Shown here: piece by piece, positions 59,348 to 64,000 of the stretch
Position numbering within the stretch: position 1 is the stretch's first letter
Layout of the letters: the number at the start of each line of letters is the position of its first letter
Source: Felis catus
Taxonomy: Eukaryota
Assembly (NCBI RefSeq): GCF_018350175.1
Contig: NC_058368.1
Coordinates: 8,618,001 to 8,682,000, forward strand
Length of the DNA stretch: 64,000 nt
Direction of reading: 5' to 3'
Made by a program: the position numbers and the translations under genes
Notes under the pieces: model-generated
What the model was told of the DNA's origin: nothing
The model's database searches: none
What the model saw: the letters and a program-made list of their open reading frames with translations, nothing else

Positions 59348-61585
59348 TGTCATGGGGAAAAAAATCACTTCTTATCTCTGTAGGAGATATATTTAAGACA
59401 TTCTAATTTATATGTATAGATTTTAAGGCTCTCAAATGCTTTATCTTTTCCCTGCTATGTGAGAAGCACCATGGACTGGGGACTTTGGTTGACCAAATCA
59501 CCGTTGACATAATGGTAAGAAAATCTGGTAGCCTCTTAGGACTATGTGGCAGGGGTTGTACTTGTGGAATAAGGTTTAATGAGGTTGGGTCAATTAGGCA
59601 AGAGCAACAGACTTGAAACAAATTGGGTATCAGTCACAGAAGTGGATTCTGGCTTCCTACATCACCGTTTATTTACAGAGAACCATGCTATTGATTGAGA
59701 ATCTTGACTCACAAGGTCTGAAACTTCTGTAGTGTATGTGCATGTATTGGTTCATTATACCATAGGCCAAAGCTCACAAGAAAAAATAACACATGGGTAT
59801 TGATGGCCCCAAAAGAAAAGACTCGAACAGTTAGGAAGAAACCTCTTCTTGCTGTCAAAAATTATTTCCACGTTAAGCACACGCAAAGGATTGATGAGCA
59901 TAGGTTAGTGTAGTACGATGCAAAGTAGTTGTTTAGGACTGAAAAGAAATGAGCCAACCTGTATATAAAGAGAGTTAAGATTTCAACAGATCAATTACTG
60001 GCCTACATTTTGTCAACGAATGTGATTTGGAGCAGTGACACTGGAAATTTTTAGCAGCAGCTAGGGTAATAACCATGGAGGGTTCCTCCTTAGAGGAGAG
60101 AAGGAAGGCATCTATCTGGATGACTGAGGGGGGAGGGCTTCAGTTAGGTGCCCTGAAATTCCTATCCCTACTCTCAGCAAACTAAATATTGTACAATGAT
60201 GCTATGAGTTCTCAACCCTTAGGATTTTTCCAGAAAAATGAAAACCACAGAATGTAAATATCTTCTTTAAATAATTTAAAACAAACTCAAAATTTAGTGA
60301 TTTTTTTATTCTTATTTGGAAAATCTGAAAATTCCTTTGCGATTTGCAGTGTGATTCCAGTGTGCATGACCTTGCTTAAAACTTGTGTCCATGATCTTTG
60401 ACCAAGTTCTTTAGGCTTCCAGATTTTCTGGTTTATGTCACTCAGTATATAAAAATATCTGTAGGGATTTTTTCCCTCAGACTGAGGAGAAATTTTGTGG
60501 ATGGGCTATAAATAAACTCTTTAAAAACTAGTAACAGTTGCTGTGTTCTTGGGCATCAATACCATGTAGGCGTTTGAGGTGAACAAACTTTATCCAGAAA
60601 CCAGAACATAAAATGTGTTTAGTGACAAAAAAGCTTTTTCAGTCCTAAGTTTGGCTGATTAACTATTTTGTCTTTGGTTGGTTTCCAAATGGAGATGTTC
60701 TTTAAAAATGAAAAGTGATTTGTAATAACTGTGAATACTTCTCTGTAAAACCTTCTTCAATGGGGTTGAATAATTCATGCATCTTTAATATTGGAGAAAG
60801 AGGTTATTCCTTGAAGTCTAGTTTTTCATAACCACTTTGCCAGGGCTGATCGATCTTTCCACTTAATCATGATACGCCTCCATGAAACACACACTTAGTG
60901 GGCCACTGAGCCCTGGGACCTCCAAGCACATAAAAAGTAGGCCACAGAACACATATACACAGTATTGATTTTGACTGCCACACAGAAGTTTTATAAAGAA
61001 ACAAACATCCCTAAGGTAGAGAAAGACAAGTAGGATGTAGAGCAAAGATAGAAGCTGTGTTTCACTAAGAGCAAATTAAGTTGCGGACCTACCTTGGCAG
61101 ATCTGAAGTAGTTAAGACCACACATTTTGGAAACAAAGTGCCTGCACTTTTTCCTGAGAGACTGGACTTTCATGGGCATCCATGGGCTTATGTTCGTGTC
61201 TTTAGACAAATCTGCAGCTTTGACACAGTGGTTCCTCATCTATTTTCTGTTTTCTTCAAGCTTCCGATTATCCCAACTCGTCATTTTGTTCTGGTTGCAA
61301 GTCTCTGGCCAGCCTCTAAGCTGGCTTCCTTGAGTATTGCCGCCACCTCTGGTCCAGCTCATTATGAACAGGGAGGCAGGATTGGTCACATGACATCAAA
61401 GTTGGCTACTGTTAGTAGGATAGTGCTCTGTGAGAGGGGATGTCTCAGGGTAGGCCTTCTGACACTGAAGCCCCTGTCTTCTGATAACAGTATAACTTTC
61501 CATATCATGTTCTCCTTTATTACATAGATATTCATACCAAGACTTAAGAGCCTAATTGAAAAGTGATCTTATATATATCCATTGG

Positions 61586-61810
61586 ATTTTTTTTAAATTT
61601 TTTTTTCAACGTTTATTTATTTTTGGGACAGAGAGAGACAGAGCATGAATGGGGGAGGGGCAGAGAGAGAGGGAGACACAGAATCGGAAGCAGGCTCCAG
61701 GCTCTGAGCTGTCAGCACAGAGCCCGACGCGGGGCTCGAACTCACAGACCGTGAGATCATGACCTGAGCCGAAGTCGGACGCTTAACCAACTGAGCCACC
61801 CAGGCACCCC
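61586..61810 (-). mobile_element. Young felid CanSINE
   Basis: Full CpG-rich copy with ATCCATTGGATTTTT / ATCCACTTGATTTTT flanks. Confidence 0.96.
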
Positions 61811-61889
61811 GATCCACTTGATTTTTAAGTCTACCCATTTTAGTATCTCCTTGAAAAATCCTTACCTTACCTCTAACTGTACTCTCTCC

Positions 61890-62323
61890 TCTTTTTTCTT
61901 TGTTGTTTGTTTTTAAATTTTATTTATTTAAATTCAAGTTAATTAACATACAATATAGTATTGGTTTCAGGAGTAGAACCCAGTGATTCATCACTTACGT
62001 GATACCCAGTGCTCATCCCAACAAGTGCTCTCCTTAATGCCCGTCACCCATTTAGCCCATCCCTCCACCCACCTCCCTTCTAGCAATCCTCAGTTTATTC
62101 TCTGTACTTAAGAGTCTCCAATGGTTTGCCTCTGTCTCTGTTTTTATCTTATTTTTCCTTCCCTTCCCCTGTGTTCATCTGTTGTGTTTCTTAAATTCCA
62201 CTTATGAGTGAGATCATATATTTATCTTTTGCTGACATTTGGCTTAGCCTAATACAGTCTAGTTCCATCCACATTATTGCAAATGGCAGGAGTTCATTCT
62301 TTTTGATCGCCGAGTAGTATTCC

Positions 62324-62371
<48 letters not shown>

Positions 62372-62500
62372 CACACACCCCACATCTTCTTTATCCATTC
62401 ATCAGTTGATGGACATTTGGGCTCTTTCCATACTTTGGCTATTGTTGAAAGTGCTGCTATAAATAGTGGGGTGCATGTGCCCTTTTGAATCAGCATTTTC
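61890..62500 (-). mobile_element. Carnivore/felid L1 3' end with (TG)n at 62326-62368
   Basis: Minus-strand [34 protein letters not shown] and 3' UTR. Confidence 0.92.
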
Positions 62501-63109
62501 ACAGGCCAGATCTAGAAGGTGTTAAAATCTTCCAGGAATAACAATAGGGCGATTCTATCCCCTTTCATCATTTCAAAAACTTTGGAGACCTGGTATCAGA
62601 GAGTGAGGCCTAGATGCCATGATTACCACAGCCTCATTCTCCTGACCAGCCCAGCAGTCACAGTAGTACATTTGCACTTTGGTCCTCATGACTTCCTGTG
62701 TACCCCTGTCAGTCGCAGTTGGCAGAGGGGGCCCCACAGATGAGTCCATCATCTCCGCAGGTGATAAGTGTAAATGATTTTCTTCAGGAACCCACTAAAC
62801 TGACAACCTGGTTGGAATGATGTGAAGGAAAGGGAGGCCGGCTACTGCATGTGCTATATCACAACTGAGTTCCTGGGGACCCCTGAGCCTACCCATTATT
62901 ACCACATCAGACCCCAGCCTGGGTGTTAGCAGACTGTAAATGCAGAAAGGTGGGTTCTTAATGCCAATGCTCCATAGGTTTTCTAGACAAAGTGTTGCTC
63001 TTTATAATCCCCAAACAAATGACTTTGGGTCAAGAGGTCCTTAGTTCACTTGCTTTGGGCATTAGAATTTAGTGGTTTTAAGGATGTTTATTTAATATGA
63101 ATGATTAAT

Positions 63110-63960
63110 TAATACCTTTTGGTAGACGTTTGCTTTTATCTCTTTTGGGTAAATCCATGAGAGTTGAATTGATAGATAGGTGCATATTTAGTTTTAGAAG
63201 AAACCTCCAGACTTTTTGTGGCCATTTTATCATGTATACTCACAGTGATGCTGTATGAGAGTTCTAGTAGCTCCAGACCCTTGCCAACATTTGTCATTGT
63301 CAGTCTTTTTAGTGTTGGCCATTTTGTTGAGTTTATGGTATTATCCTGTGGTTTTATCTTATTTATTTCTTATTTATTTCTTATTTATTTATTTATTGAG
63401 AGTGAGTGAGCATGAGTGGGGAAGAGAGGCAGAGGTAGAGAGAGAGGGGGCTCAAACCCACAACCCTGGAATCATGACCTAGGCCAAAATCAAGAGTCAG
63501 ATGCTCAACCGACTGAGCCACCCAGGTGCCCCTATCTTCTGGTTTTAATGTGCATTTTCTTGGTGGCTAAAATGGAGCACTTTTTCTTGTGTGTGTTGAC
63601 TTTCTGTATATATTCTTTTGTGAAATATCTGGTCAAAACATTTTTCCATTGTTACTTGGCTGTTTGTGTTTACTACTGAGTTGTAAGAGTTCTTTATACG
63701 TTCTAGAAACAAACTGTCAGATAAATGTTTTATAAATATTTTCTCCTAGTCTGTGGTTTGTCTCTTCAGTTTCTAACAAGTGTCTTTTGATGACAGAATT
63801 TTAAAATTTTGAGTGAAATATATATATTTTTTATTTTTTTGGTTGTTTTCTGTATCAAGTCTAAGAAACCTCTGCCATTTCCATTGCAAAGACATTCTCT
63901 AATGTTTTCTTTTATAAACTTTATATTTTAAACTCTTCAGCTACTTCATTGTTGTCTATG
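63110..63960 (-). mobile_element. Old L1 ORF2 3' fragment interrupted by a SINE
   Basis: TCTTTTGGGTAAAT, GTATGAGAGTTC..CCTTGCCAACATTTG, and GAGTTGTAAGAGTTCTTTATA...AAATATTTTCTCC. Confidence 0.8.
63356..63532 (-). mobile_element. Older CanSINE with internal deletion
   Basis: AATCAAGAGTCAGATGCTCAACCGACTGAGCCACCCAGGTGCCCC, with TSD TATCCTGTGGTTTTA / TATCTTCTGGTTTTA. Confidence 0.9.
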
Positions 63961-64000
63961 GTGGATATTAAGGATGAAGGGTTTTTTTTTTAAAGAAATA

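Noticed and set aside
61081..61527. 148-aa ORF
   Set aside because: It has a non-ATG start and no recognisable domain, and it partly overlaps probable old LTR sequence.
983..61838. Recurrent ORFs of the type MAQSVKRPTSAQVMISRSVSSSPASGSVLTAQSLEP as a gene family
   Set aside because: They are translations of CanSINE bodies, mostly from non-ATG starts.
1..64000. A novel multi-gene system such as an operon, CRISPR array, defence or RT-associated locus
   Set aside because: This is mammalian repeat-rich non-coding DNA. The only RT and endonuclease motifs belong to disabled LINEs, and there is no regularly spaced repeat-spacer array.
1..64000. Inferring host gene strand from repeat orientation
   Set aside because: Long L1s are mostly plus, while MaLR LTRs and several L1s are minus, so the signal is contradictory.

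Overview
Mammalian nuclear DNA, almost certainly from a cat-family carnivore (Felidae/Feliformia). It carries about 22 tRNA-derived CanSINEs, mostly with the feliform AGCTCAGAGCCTGGAGCCTG core, and a 4.25 kb 5'-truncated, disabled felid-type LINE-1. Older repeats include several L1 fragments, MIR, L2, a CR1/L3 fragment, MaLR and ERVL LTRs, and DNA transposon fossils (Tigger1, MER5A, MER20, MER45A). I find no intact host protein-coding gene, RNA gene or CpG island. The ORF track is largely L1 ORF1/ORF2 pieces, SINE read-through and chance ORFs, so the window looks like a large intron or intergenic region. I cannot support a new biological system. The best leads are two head-to-head SINE pairs whose target-site duplications abut at one TTTT|AA site, one target site reused by several insertions, a candidate 9-nt microexon or recursive splice site in a repeat-poor island, a few other candidate small exons, and repeated birth of (CA)n at the same L1 position. 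Repeat subfamily names come from memory of consensus sequences, and boundaries of old repeats are approximate.
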